64,000 nt of DNA from contig MU054400.1 in the NCBI GenBank assembly GCA_013239625.1, forward strand, positions 169,146 through 233,145. Reading direction: 5' to 3'. This stretch comes from Lama guanicoe. Its lineage: Eukaryota. Positions 49,897 to 62,724 of this stretch are shown here, piece by piece; within the stretch, counting starts at the first letter, position 1; each line of letters opens with the position of its first letter. The notes under the pieces were generated by a model. That model saw only the letters and a list, made by a program, of their open reading frames with translations, ran no database searches and was not told the DNA's origin. The translations under genes and the position numbers were made by a program.

Positions 49897-50935
49897 AACT
49901 GTTATCTGTTCCTGCATAATAAATTACCCCAACACTTTAGTAGTTTAAAACATAAGTTAATATTTAATCTCAAAAAGTTAGAGTTACCATTTGACCCAGC
50001 AATTCTTCTTCTAGTATATACCCAAGAGAATTGAAAATATATCTTCATGTAAAAACTTGTACACAAATCTTCATAGCAGCATCATTCTTAATAGCCAAAA
50101 GGTGGAAACAACTCAAATGACAGAACGGCTCATCTGAAGATGATAAACGAAATGTGGTATATCCATACAATGGAATATTATTCAGCCATAAAAGGAATGA
50201 AGTACTGATACGTGCTGCAGCACGATGAAGCTTGAAAATATATTATGCTAAATCAAAGAAGCCAGACACAAAGTGCCACTTACTGTATGACTCCACTTTT
50301 ATGAAATGCCCAGAATAGGTAAATCCATAAAGACAGAAAATAGATTAGTGATTTTCAGAGGATGGCAGCAGGAAGAATTAGGAGGTACAGGATTTATTTT
50401 CGGGGTGATGAAAGTATTCTGGAATTAGGTCGTGGTAATGGGTATACATAACAAATATATTAAAAACCACTGAATCATACACTTTAAAATGATGAAAATG
50501 TTAAACAGTACATAGTATTAATTTTACCTCAATAAAAAATTTTATTAAAAATAAAATTTATTGTTTCTCATAGTTTCCATGGGTCAAGTATTTGAGAGTG
50601 AGTTGGCTGCGAGATTCTGACTAGGGGTCTCTCATAGGTCGTCAAGATGTCAGGTGGGGCTGCAAACATCTGAAGAAGCCTAGACTCAACTGGACTAGAG
50701 TTGGAGAATTCGCTTCAAAGGTAGTTCGCTCACAGGGCTATCAAATTGGTGCTGGGGGTTGGTGGGAGGCCTTGCTTCCTCTCAATGTGGGTTTCCTCAC
50801 AGGAGTGCATGAGTGTGCTCGCAGCCTGGCAGCTGGCTTTCCCAGAACAAGTGGTCAAACAGACAGCAAGGCAGAAGATGCCCTGCCTTTTATTTCCTGC
50901 CTCAGAACCCATGTGCCTTCACTTTTGCAGAAAGT
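49897..50935 (-). mobile_element. MaLR LTR (MLT1F/H-like) split by an L1MB insertion
   Basis: 'gcataataaattaccccaacactttagtagtttaaaaca' continues after the L1 as 'ttattgtttctcatagtttccatgggtcaag...ggggtctctcatagg'. Confidence 0.65.
49965..50555 (+). mobile_element. L1MB-like 3' end
   Basis: 'gagttaccatttgacccagcaattc...tatacccaagagaattgaaaa' and 'aatggaatattattcagccataaaaaggaatgaagtactgata'; ends 'ttttacctcaataaaaaa'. Confidence 0.85.
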
Positions 50936-51042
50936 AAGAGGTTTTGTTTAGCTTCTTGTCACTCTTCTTTCTTGGTTAGGAGAACCAAGATCTTTACCAA
51001 CTGGAATACTGAGAACACATCCATCCACTGTAGGAATTAAAT

Positions 51043-51153
51043 ATGTGTGTGTGTATGTATATATACACATATATATACACACACATATATATCATATGTA
51101 ATAGTTACTATATATATAATTACCTGAATGTTACATATATATATATATACATA
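51043..51153. repeat. (TA/TG/CA)n low-complexity tract
   Basis: Seen directly. Confidence 0.85.
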
Positions 51154-52006
51154 CAAGAATGTTATTCTCTATCTCCTATTTATTCTACATTTTCTATAAT
51201 TGCAGCAACTGTAACCCCCACAAGCCTTGTAAGCATGAAGTGGAGAATGGAGGGGATTAGGATAGTAAATCAGGTAACGCCATCAGGTAGAGGACAGTAG
51301 GTGGAGCTGGAGAAAGGTAAGCCTGGGAAACAGGTATACAGGAAGTTATAGATTTTCATGATATCATCTGTTTAGTTAGCAGAGAGTCTGGCAGTAGGGG
51401 TAGGAGCCTATAGCATCTCAGTGGACTGGAGCAAAGGACAGTGAGAGAGTGCTGGATTCTGCCTTCTGAAAATTGAATGCAACCAGATTCAAGGGGACAA
51501 AGAATGAGACCAAAGACCATCCATTTGCCATATCTGTTGGTAATCATCAGTGCAGAAATAGCTCTTATTCAAGTGTAAGTTAGCAGGGAAAAAAGCATAA
51601 AGCTTATTTTAAAAATCCTGTAGAACAAGGAAGAGGGAAATGGATACTTCGAGGAAGAAGAAACCTCTGACCATAATCCAAGATTCAGAAAAAGAAAATT
51701 CTAGAAATCCAATTGGCATTTTTAGCAGCCTATAAGAAAATGACTCCTCATAGGAAAAACTGTAGGAGGAGAACTGTATAAGATGGCAGAAAACAGGATG
51801 AGATGAAAATGGAGATGAGTGAGTTAAGAAAAGATGTGAACCCAAATAATACTAGAATTTAAACCTACATTTAGAGATAAAATTCACACTATGAAAAATA
51901 TGAGGGAAAAGAAAATGCGATTTTAAAAATGATAGATATAGAAGACAAAGAAAGAGAATTGGACAGGAGAATTACTGATGTCCCTTCCAAAGAAGTAAGA
52001 AAACTT

Positions 52007-52176
52007 CAGGGGGAGAGTACAGCTCAGTGGTACATTCCACACCTACCATGTACAAGGTCCTGGGTTCAATTCCCAGTACCTCTGTGAAAGAAAGGAAGGA
52101 AGGAAGAAGAAGGAAAGAAAGAAACCTAAGTACCTCCTGCCATTTAAAAAAACATAAAAACAAACAAACAAGAAGT
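52007..52176 (+). mobile_element. Camelid tRNA-derived SINE (Vic-1-like) with 13-bp TSD
   Basis: 'ggggagagtacagctcagtggta...aggtcctgggttcaattcccagtacctc'. TSD agtaagaaaactt at 51994-52006 and 52177-52189. Confidence 0.9.
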
Positions 52177-52824
52177 AGTAAGAAAACTTGAGACAGAAGT
52201 AGTAATCAAAGAAATTTTAGGAAAAATTTTCTGAGTTGAAAAACACTGGAATATGCAGGTTAGGAAGGAAAGGATTGATTCCTTCTCTGAGGGGTGTACA
52301 TGACCTCAGTCAGACCTCATTGTAAATATGCTGATGGAATTTTTCCTGAGGAGTCTCCATCTACGTTTTCATCCAGATATGCCTGGTCTGTTTAGGTTGC
52401 TAATTGTGAATAGACCCAGAATGCCTGCATTTAAGTAGCATGGCTGACTGGAGAATAAGGTGTGTCATGTGAGCATTTTCCTGTCTGTGTAATCGATAGA
52501 ATATAAATGAAATGGTACTTCAAAACCGAAATGGCTCTATTTGTGACTAAGATTTCCACATACATTGTTCAAAATGCATCGGTTAATATAAACCCAAAGC
52601 CAAAACCAAAACCCAATGTATTAAAAGGGGACATTCTGGCCAACTTATGCAAGCTTCAGCTTCCTCCAGGAGAAGATTCTTTGTTTCTACCTGATGACTG
52701 CCTCTATCCATGGAATTATTAGGAAAATTTGATGAGGAATAAGATCTACGATTCCTGCAAGTCTCTTTTGACTTTTGTGTTAGTACAAAGACTGAAAGGG
52801 TGAACCATGTTCCAGATGAGACTA

Positions 52825-53050
52825 ATGATAATAAAATCACTTACTGTGGGTCAGGTATCATGCTGTGCACTTCACATCCAGGGTTTCACTGAAACCTAAC
52901 AAAAACCTAAGCAGTGAGATGGTATCCTCATTCGACTTCGTGTTTAGGAAACTGAGGCTTAGAAAGGGTCATTTGACAAAGGTCTCAACTCAAGAGCAGA
53001 GGTGAGATTCAATTTATGCTACTTGATTTCCAAGCTTGAGACCCTAAACA
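52825..53050 (-). mobile_element. MIR SINE
   Basis: 'ggaaactgaggcttagaaagggtcatttgacaaaggtctcaac'. Confidence 0.75.
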
Positions 53051-53811
53051 GTACATTTCCTGCCTCCCACTGAAGAAAGATACATGCACAGATATAGTCT
53101 GAAAAAGCTTTAGAACTTTACATGGGTACAGAAAAAAACCTTACAGGTATTTAGTAAAAACAAACATGTTATACATAAAGGAACCAAGCCAGGCTGGCAC
53201 ACCCACCCCCACCCCCGCTTACTTCTTTTGTTTTGCACCAAGTGCCAGGAGACAACTGAGTGACATCTTGAGAGTTTTTTGGAGAAAAATGCTCCAACCC
53301 AGATTTTTAAAATTCACTCAAATAGATGTGAAGGCAATCAAAGACAATTTCATGTCTGTGAGGGACTAAAAGTTTTTACTTACTTACCCTCTTAAAAAGC
53401 AAGCAAAGAAACAATAATCTTCACAAGTCAGAGGTGAATCAAGGTCAAAGGGGAAAAACAGAAAAGTGTAAAAAAAAATTGGCAACAGCATTGGAAACAT
53501 TTGGAAACAAATCTAAAGAATTGAAAATTTTGCTAGAAAATGGAATATGCTTGTTAAATTGTAATCCGAGAAGAAAAAAATATAAAATATTTTTTAAATT
53601 CCATTAAATTCCAGATTACATTAACAAAGACTAGAAATGGAGGTGAGAATAGGAAGTGAGTGCTAATTCCTTATCCACAGATGAAAGAAAATCCAGAGAT
53701 ACCATTTCATTTCTTACTTTGATAATTAGAAAAATATAGGTTAACATTGTAAAAAAATTAAAGTGATCTTTAAAAACAAAGAAATTATAAAAAGACCATA
53801 AATATGTACAC

Positions 53812-53960
53812 ATTAATCTCTCTATGACTCAGTTCCTCCATCTATAAATGGGACCAATAATACCCATCTGAGGAGTTATGAAAATCAAGTGGTTAATGTA
53901 TGTCAAGTGTTTAGAACGGTGTCAGGCATATTTTAATCACTATATAATATTAGGTATATT
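53812..53960 (+). mobile_element. MIR SINE
   Basis: 'tgactcagttcctccatctataaatgggaccaataatacc...aagtgtttagaacggtgtcaggcata'. Confidence 0.75.
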
Positions 53961-53991
53961 ATAGTATTATACTGTATTTTAAAAAATTTAT

Positions 53992-54150
53992 GGGGGGGAA
54001 GGTATAGCTCAGTTGAAGAGCACATGCTTAACATGTACAAGGTCCTGGGTTCAATCCCCAGTACCTCCATTAAATAAATAAATAAACCTGATTACCTCCC
54101 CAACATACATACATACATACATACATACATACATACATACATAAATCTCC
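53992..54150 (+). mobile_element. Camelid tRNA-derived SINE (Vic-1-like) with (CATA)n tail
   Basis: 'ggggaaggtatagctcagttgaagagcacatgcttaacatgtacaaggtcctgggttcaatccccagtacctcc' + (taaa)n + 'cctgattacctcccc'; imperfect TSD aaaaaattt(t)a. Confidence 0.9.
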
Positions 54151-56732
54151 AAAAAAATTTTACAGTAATACAATATTATCATTTTAAAAGTCCTCCACAA
54201 TAAGCAGGTGTGAATTTTCAAATTGAAAGGAAAAATAAATGTTACTTTAAAAAAATAAGACAACAGTTTTAGGGTAGATATTCCTTTCCTTCTTACTCTT
54301 TACCATACAAAAATAATCAACTTTAAACATTATCATTCTATGTATAAATGTTAATATAGTGGCGCAAAATTTAGGTATTTTAAGAGACTCTTTTCCCATT
54401 GCAATTATAAACCTTCCATTTACAACTTCAAAGGTTCTACACTGCCCTTGGTTAGATTCCATTCTTCTTCCTCAAATTGCATCCCAGGGATTATAGGCAC
54501 CAAATGTGACCTCATAAACGCCAAGAATTATAAAATATGCTTTAGTAATTCCAACAATTTGGGATTATGTTAGGGTTCCTCTCTACGAAATTTGCCACGT
54601 GCTAACATCAACTTTACTCAAAGAGTGTCTGAAGACTAAGCCCAGGAACTCACATTGTAGGGCAATTATAAATGCACGGAGAATCAGTTCGATAGCAATA
54701 ATCATGACAGAATTCACGTATTTTCCACACCTCTCTTTTTCAGAATAGGGACACGGAAACAATGCAGGGGAATGTTCAGGCAATATGGATACAAATGTGT
54801 GGGCACCTATACTCCACCTTACCCAACCCAGGATCTTTGGATTGAGACAATGAATATTTGCAATGTGAACCCAGACCTCTCCTCTACTCCTGGCTGTGTT
54901 GCACACTTGGAGTTTTGGTTTCCAAAGTATGTAAAAGGAGCAATGATGGTGCAGGTGTGGGACAGTTTACACAACTCTGCCTATCACAGAAAACAGCCCC
55001 CTTGCAGACAGGGGCAGCCACCTGTTTTCCTAGTAAAGTAAATCTCAGATTTAGCAGGGCAGAGAATAAGGGGCAATTAAAGCCATTTTGTAACTTTATC
55101 ACTAGGGAGCACATTCCTCAGTATTTCTGTTCATAGAAATTCCCTCTAGTAGACATTCCCACGAGACCACAGCATTCGGTCTTCTGTTTTCTGATATCTT
55201 CTTTGCACCTTTTCTTAGGCATTTTATTGGAAAACTTTGGGAAGGCACATCAAGTACTACTAACATGGACTCATGGAAATTCATGACTTCTTTCAAATCC
55301 TTTTTTCATGAGGCTAAAACTTCAAATGACACAAACTGAATGTAAAATTGCTGTTTGGAATTACACCTCCCTTTTGGTTCGAAGCTTCAGCCTAGCTCTA
55401 ATATCCTGGCGTTAGGGAACTAGGTTAACATCCATGTACTCGCCATGCCTTTAATGCTTTTACTGACTTTTTTCTACATTTCCTCTCATCATCATCGTCT
55501 TTTCACATTGAATCCCAAGCTTCTCCACCTTGTTCTTCTTCGTCAACACCCCACTGCCTTTGATCACAAACGCACTTCTCCCCAAGACCTTCATACGTGG
55601 GTGCACTCAGGGGGCTAGTCATTGGGTGCTCAGAAAGATATTCTAAAATATTAGCTCAAAGTTTATGTAATGGCTGTGGGACGAAACTGTCTTCTATTAA
55701 TAAAACCACTTGCTTTATATTAATAACTACCTACTTTATATTAAAAATGTAACACCGTCAAAAAATATCGAAGTGCCGCAGCTGACAAAATATTGCTGCC
55801 TGAGTGTTCACAGCCTCTCCCACGTCCTCCTCTAAGGGGGATGGGTTTGGCTTGCTGGCCTGGCACCCAGGCTCTCCTTTGCTCTGCAGCACCTGAGAAA
55901 CAGGAACAGTGGGGGAAAAACCCCTAAAGGAACCTGAGAGGTTTCATTATGCTCTATAATAAAGGGCTCTAGAAGAAAAGGAAGGAGAGAGGGGAAGAGC
56001 AATGATGTTTGTTGGTATTAAAAAGGTTTGGGGGAGAAAATAGAGAGCAATCATTCACCATGGTAGCCACTGCGAGGGGTGCGTGTGCGTGTGTGTGTGT
56101 GCGCCTGTGTCTGCGTCAGAAGACACGGAGAGAGAAGAATGTGCTCTCCCAGAACTTTTACTATTTATTAAGGATATTCTCCCACCTTAGCATTTTGTCA
56201 AAATCCTGAAAAAAACAAAAAGATACAGTGCATCCAATTATATTTTTCTTTCCTAACCCTGGGATGTATTTTTTCATTCATGTGACATCACAGAGTGACA
56301 GGTCCAGGTGGGGCTCCAGATATATGCGTGTTACAAAGACAAGGCACTTATAAGATATACTGACCACAAAAAAAAAAAAAACAACTGAATGTCTTTGGAA
56401 TTGCCCTCAGTTCACTGTTTTTCCATCGCTGGTGATTAGATAGCCATTTGCCACTTGATCTTCACTACTCAGAGCAATAAAGGATAACTCAATGTAAACA
56501 AAGATGCAGTTGTTCAAAATACATTTGAAAACTTGCCTTTTCAGTTTTCTGATGGCAAAATATTTCCTAATTTTTGGGTCATTCTTTTTTTTTCTCTCTA
56601 TAGATTTTCCTTGTGGCAGTTTGGAACCAGCAACTTGAGAGGCATCCTTAAAATGTATACATTTTCAAGGCAAGTTTGCAATTTAGATAATAAAACAAAT
56701 TACTTGTTCCAGATAAATAGCACCATGCCATG

Positions 56733-57192
56733 TGTCCTGGTTGAACTGTGTCCTCCCAGAAATATATGCTGACGTCCTAAGTTCCACTACCTCAGAATGT
56801 GACCTTATTTGGAAATAGGGTCTTTTCAGAGATAGTGGAGTAAAAACAGGTCATTAGACTGGGCCTTGATCCAACATGACTGTTATCCACATAAAAAAAG
56901 GCAGATTTGGACATAGAAAGAGACGCCCAGAGGGAAGACGATGTGAGCAGACACTGAGGATGCTGGAGGACTGCCGTGCGGCAGCCAGACACCAAGGGAC
57001 GTCTGGCGCTACTGGAAGCTGGAAGAGGCCAAGGAGAATCCTTACCCTCCAGGTTTTAGGGGGGGGTGAGGCCCTGCTGACACCCTAATTTCAGTCCTTG
57101 TAGTGTCCAGGGCTGTGAGACAGTACATTTTTGCTGTTTTAAACCAGTCAGCTTGTGATAGTTTGTTACAGCAGCCCTGAGGAAGGAATACA
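56733..57192 (+). mobile_element. Full-length MaLR solo LTR (MLT1C-like)
   Basis: TG...CA ends; 'cctcagaatgtgaccttatttggaaatagggtc' and 'tttgttacagcagccctgaggaaggaataca'; flanks ccatg / ctgtg. Confidence 0.9.
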
Positions 57193-57269
57193 CTGTGTTT
57201 AAACAGCATTTTGGTAACTACAGCGACTGTCACAAGGGGACTATGGACTGGATGTTCTTAGGATTATTG

Positions 57270-57313
57270 TGGTCTCTCATTGCGCAGTGAGTAATGGTCT
57301 CTCATTGCGCAGT
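57270..57313. repeat. 19-bp direct repeat (25-bp period)
   Basis: tggtctctcattgcgcagt at 57270-57288 and 57295-57313. Confidence 0.95.
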
Positions 57314-57387
57314 AACTTGCAGTGACTCTTTGTGACAGTACTTGCCAGGTCAGTATCTTCTCTGTAAGGAGCTTTTTTCTTTTCTCG

Positions 57388-57456
57388 TCTCTTCTCCTTC
57401 CTTCCTTTCTCCCTTCCTGCATTCCTCCCTCCCTCCCTTCCTTCCTTCCTTCCTTC
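57388..57456. repeat. (TTCC)n-like pyrimidine-rich simple repeat
   Basis: Seen directly. Confidence 0.85.
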
Positions 57457-58334
57457 ATTTTTAGGTTCAACTGGGTTATGCCATCTCCCTTAGCAAGAGT
57501 GGGTCAATTTGCATTTTTCTAGTTATGTAAGGAGTTGCTTACGGAACTCTGAGTTAATAGGAACCATATTTAAAATGTATTCTAATTTAATTTTAGCATT
57601 TCAGCCTGAAGCCCAGGTTAGCCTCCTGGCTCTTTAACAACCACTTACCATGGCTTTTGACTACACCCCCACCTCCTCATTTCAACTCTGAGGCAGGGCT
57701 CAAGGACAGGGTGAAAATGTCCATTCTCATATTACCGATTTTTTCAAACTGAAATTTTAGTTCTTGTAGTCTATGCCCCAGTAAAATGTTCCTGGCTTCA
57801 AAGTGCATATAGCACAATGGCTAAGTCAGAATAACTTGAACAAAATGTCAAACACCTGCCCCCAAACTAGCAGTGCAACACCAAGATGGCGACACTGGTG
57901 TCCAGGTACACTGGGAGTGATGGAGTTTCCACCTCCACTGTGTCCGCGGCCTGAGGGTCATGGAGGAAAACAGCACACGTGAAATGCCCTTAGGGGTCTT
58001 CCTCCACCTCATCACACTCCCTCCCCGACCCCCAGACACACTCCAATCCTGACATCTGAAGGGAGGCCTTAGATGGGGCTAGAAATCTACAAATCTAAGT
58101 AGAAAAGATCAAGACGTAGCACATGCCTTCCTCCAGCTGCACTCGTGGCTCGTGCTACAGGGCGGTCACACCAGAAGAGTTACGGACAGTAAACTACTCA
58201 GTGTCAGATGGATGAATTGCATTGATCTGTACTCAGTCACTTGGGTAACAACTTCACAGTCTTTACCATAGTTTCCTACTATCTGTACTCTTCTTTAAAT
58301 AAACTGTTGGAGTAAATCAACTTCAACGTATCCC

Positions 58335-58792
58335 TAGGTCATCTCCCCTTGCTGCATCCTTGCCCCTTACAATGTGACTGTGTATCTCCTCCCCCTGAGA
58401 GGGAGGGACTAGCCTTGGGACTTGCTTGACCCAATAAAATGCAGCAGAAATGATGGTGTGCTAGTTCTCAGTGTCCTCAAGAGGCTTTGCATGCTTCTGC
58501 TGTATCTCTTGGACCCCTGGCTCCACCACAGGAAAATCTTGGCAAGCCTAATGGGGGGTGACGGACCACGTGGAGGAGAAGGGGCTCCAGCTGACAGCCA
58601 GCAATCCCCAGAGGCCCAACCATTTAGCAAACCTACATCTGACCACAGACACACGAAGGAACCCAGCTGACTTCAGTCCAACTGAATCCAGCCCAAATTA
58701 CCAACCCATAGAATCTTGAGCTCAGTAAAACACCCTTCTTTTAAGCCATTGTGTTGGATTAGTTTGTTCTGCAGCAATAATGAACTGATACA
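58335..58792 (+). mobile_element. MaLR LTR (MLT1G-like)
   Basis: 'acttgcttgacccaataaaatgcagcagaaatgatgg...cctcaagaggctttgcatgcttc'; ends 'gcagcaataatgaactgataca'. Confidence 0.8.
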
Positions 58793-59439
58793 ACTTTTAT
58801 TGAGTCACCTTTTAAAAAATAACTGTGAAATCATGAGTCTGATAGGCTAGTAATCTGTTTTCCTAAAACACAATAAAATGAATGTTCAATTATTAAATTT
58901 TCTAATAAATATTTCAAAAGTTAAGAAAAAGAAGAAATTATTTCAGGCAGGGCATGTGGTCAAGAGGACATTTAAAGAGGAAGGAACTGAACTAGATTTG
59001 GAAGAATACGTAGGATGTGACTGCACAGAGATCAGCCAGGATGAACACTGTGGAGCAGGGAGGAGAGAATGTTCTACAGATATGAAGTGTATCTGCGGCA
59101 CCGTGAATAAATCAGCTTGGTTGAGACATTGTTTTGGTTTGTTTCTTTGTGAAGTTCTAAATCTAAAAAATAATTTGGTTGTGTGAAAAACTTTAATGGA
59201 GGCTAATGCTTTTAGTTGAATAGCAAAAAAAAAAAAAAATCACTGCCTGTTTTTTCAAGCTGAGACCAATGCATTTCAACACACTCAAACCTCACTTTTG
59301 ACCTAAAGGGGTTGATTTTTAAGGACTATAACTTTCTTTTGCAGTCCTTTTTGGTCATAAGGAACAGAGAATGACTTGCCATTCCTATGTGAAGTAATTT
59401 AAGATCCAGCATAAAGCAGACGCTAGAGCTGGTCATAAG

Positions 59440-59630
59440 GTAAACAGAAAACGCAGGTGACCAGAAATTGGGGCACCAGCCGATGCTCTTAGTCAGCAAC
59501 TAATGCACTGTGTTACTTTGGGCAAGTGACATACCTCTGGATTTCAGCCTCCTCATCCATCAAACATATGAGGTTAAACCAAATGATCTCTCAGATCCCT
59601 TCCAGCTCCGAAATTCTGTCATTCTCTGTA
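59440..59630 (+). mobile_element. MIR SINE
   Basis: 'tgtgttactttgggcaagtgacatacctctgg...aaatgatctctcagatcccttccagctc'. Confidence 0.7.
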
Positions 59631-59797
59631 GGTGATTTAGCAAGACAAGCAGTTATCAAGGGACAGTCAAAGCTGGTGCTGATTCAGCCTACGGGGCAAG
59701 AAGTGCTCCTAAGTTCTTAAGGGCAGAACATAGCGCAGAGCCCTGGTTTACCAAGTGATGCTCCGTGTATAACAGCTCAGTGTAACTCGGGCGCTTC

Positions 59798-59851
59798 TGT
59801 GTGCCTGTGTGTGTGTGTGTGTGTGTCTGCGTCTGTGTGTGTGTGTGTGTG
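59798..59851. repeat. Interrupted (TG)n microsatellite
   Basis: Seen directly. Confidence 0.9.
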
Positions 59852-60082
59852 TTGGGGTGAGGATAGATAATGAAAGTTTGGGTCTTATGACTATATTATA
59901 TTCAGTCAGTCTGAAAGACTAGTGTATCTCTAAGTAGCACTTAGAATATTACAGGAGGTTGATTCACATTTTGCCTGCAAATTCTGTGGCCAAGCTCAGC
60001 AAATTTCCAAACCCAGAATGTCTTTAAAGGGAGATCCTGGTGATAATGTCTTGGGATAAAGCACAGCATTCAAAACAGCCTA

Positions 60083-60952
60083 GACACATGAAAAAATGCT
60101 CAATAGCACTAATTATCAGAGATGTGCAAATCAAAACTACAGTGAGGAATCACCTCACACCAGTCAGAATGGCCATAATTTAAAAATCCACAAATGATAA
60201 ATGCTGGAGAGGGTGTGGAGAAAAGGAAACCCTTCTACACTGTTGGTGGGAATATAGTTTGGTGCAGCCATTATGGGAAATAGTATGGAGATTCCTTAAA
60301 AAAAAAAAACCTGAAAAATAGACTTAACATGTGATCCAGCAATCTCACTCCTGGGCATATTTCCAGAGAAAATATAATTCAAAAAGACACATGCACCCCA
60401 ATGTTCACAGCAGCACTATTTACAATAGCCAAGACATGGAAACAACCCAAATATCCATCAACAGATGACTGGATAAAGAAGATTTGGTATATAGACACAA
60501 TGGAATACTACTCAGCCATAAAAAGAATAAAATAATGCCATTTGCAGCAACATGGATGGACCTGGAGATTGTCATACTAAGTGAACTAAGTCAGACAGAG
60601 AAAGACATATCTTATGATATCACTTATATGTGGAATCTAAAAAAATGACACAAATGAACTTATTTACAAAACAGAAACAGACCCCCAGACATAGAAAAGA
60701 AACTATGGTTACCAAAGGGAAAAGGAGGGGGAGAGATTAGGAGTTTGGGATTAGTAGATGCTAACTACTATGTACAAAATAGACAAACAACAAGGTCTTA
60801 CTGTATACCACAGGAAACTGTATTCGATAGCTTACAATAACCTATAATGAAAAAAATGTGTATGTATAACTGAATCACTATGCTGTATATCAGAAACTAA
60901 CACAACATTGTAAATGAACTGTACTTCAATTTTAAAAACCAAATAAATAAGT
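60083..60952 (+). mobile_element. 5'-truncated artiodactyl-type L1 (ORF2 C-terminus and 3'UTR)
   Basis: 'cacatgaaaaaatgctcaatagcactaattatcagagatgtgcaaatcaaaactac...gcaacatggatggacctggagattgtc...cacaacattgtaaatgaactgtacttcaat'. Confidence 0.92.
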
Positions 60953-61069
60953 AAATGGTGGGGGGAGAGCCCATAAGGATAAAAGGAAGCTACCTTGTCT
61001 TCTCTCAGTGATGATCAAAATTCAGACAAAAATCATTCAAACGCATCATTTAAAAAAGAACTACTAAGG

Positions 61070-61340
61070 AATCATTTAAGTTTTAAGGTGTGATAATGAT
61101 ATTTTGGCTGTGTGTATGTCTTTTTAAGGAGTCCTTATCTTTTAGAAATAGATACTGAAACACATATGATGGAATTATATCACGTCTGGGATTTGCTTCA
61201 AAACAAGCTGTAGAGGAGGTGTTAGTGTGGGTGGATACAGATGAAACACCACTGGCTGTGAACCGTGAGGCTGGGGTGCATTATAATATTCTCTCCACTG
61301 TGAAGTTTGAAGTTTGGGATTTACTATCTTTTTAAAAAAA
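61070..61340 (+). mobile_element. L1MC4/5-like 3' terminal fragment
   Basis: 'aggtgtgataatgatatt...gagtccttatcttttagaaatagatactgaaa...tctgggatttgcttcaaaa'. Confidence 0.7.
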
Positions 61341-61819
61341 CAAGGCAAGAAATACCATCTTGGAAAGACTAATACTAGTTGTTCAACATCTGGGAAGAAC
61401 TCTCCCTGGCACCACAAAAAAAGCATAGTTCCTAACATACAGAGTCTCTTAGGTGGGCGCTACTCAGCGCTAATCTCTGCCGAGAACAAGAGTCAGCAAC
61501 AATTCCTCTCACACACATAATCATATCTCATCCCCGAAACGGTCTGGAAAGTGGGCATCACTGCCAGGTTTGTAGATCAGAAAATAGAGGTTCAGAGAGA
61601 TTAAGTAAGCTTTCTTTAAGGAGCAAGAGCCAGTGAATGGAAAGCTACAACAGAAAGCAAAATCTACATTCCGTTGTTATTTCAACAATAAAAATAAGTG
61701 ATTATAGTAAATAAAGCATGTTACATCTTACAATTTCCTGACAAGAACCAGAAAATGCCTCTAATGCTTAGTGCCTCTGGGTGAGTAGAACCAAGTGATA
61801 TTAAGACCAGAGCCTTATG

Positions 61820-62670
61820 CAAAAGTGTATTTGGCAAAGGATTCCTACTCAAACTACATTAAGAACTCCTACAAATCGACAACAAAAAGATGAACAGGCC
61901 AATGAAAAACAGGCAACAGATCTGAACAGACGCTTCAAAAATAGAGATAGACTCAAGGCCAAACAAGCATGTGGAAAGTGTTCGACATCGTTAGTCATCA
62001 GGAAAAGGCAAATTAAACCCACTTCACACAGAAGAAAAGCAAAAGTAAGGACTGTAACATCAAATGCCGGTGAGGAGTTGGAATAACCAAAACTCCCACA
62101 CACTGCTGGTGGGAGTATAAGGTGGTACGCCCACTTTGAAGAAATGTTAGAATGGGAAATACACATTTACCCTATAACCCTACCATTCTACTCATAGGTA
62201 TTTACCCAGCAGAAATTTAAAAAATATATATGGCCATGAAGAGAATTACAGAAGAATGTTTATAGCAGCTCTCCTCCACCCCAGACTGGAAACAATTCAC
62301 ATCTCCATTCACACAAGAATGGAGGAATTGTGACATGTTCATTCAACGGAATACTCCTCAGCAGCAGCAAAGAACACACTACTGACACCTGCAACAGTGT
62401 GGGTGATCCTTATGAACATCAAATGCATATGTGTGATTCCATTTATACAAAGTTCCAGAACAGGAAAAACCAAAGTATAGTGACAGAAGACCAAAAGTTG
62501 TGGTGGGGAGAGGGAACAGTTGACAGGAAAAGGAGCATAAGGGAACTTTCTAGGAGACAGAAATGTTTTACATCCTGTTTTGAATGATATTTACATAACA
62601 GTTGCCCAAACACATTGAACTAAATACTAAAATCTGTGCATTTTATTGTATTAAATTATACCAAAAAACC
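61820..62670 (+). mobile_element. L1ME/MD-like 3' end
   Basis: 'aagaactcctacaaatcgac...gatctgaacagacgcttc'; ends 'atctgtgcattttattgtattaaattatacc'. Confidence 0.8.
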
Positions 62671-62724
62671 CACAAACAAACAAAAAACAGAGCCTGGAGT
62701 GACTGGAGTGAATGGTAAATGAGA

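Noticed and set aside
53992..54070. tRNA gene (also at 25705-25778 and 52009-52082)
   Set aside because: The tRNA-like heads carry SINE tails and TSDs and have degenerate stems; they are SINEs.
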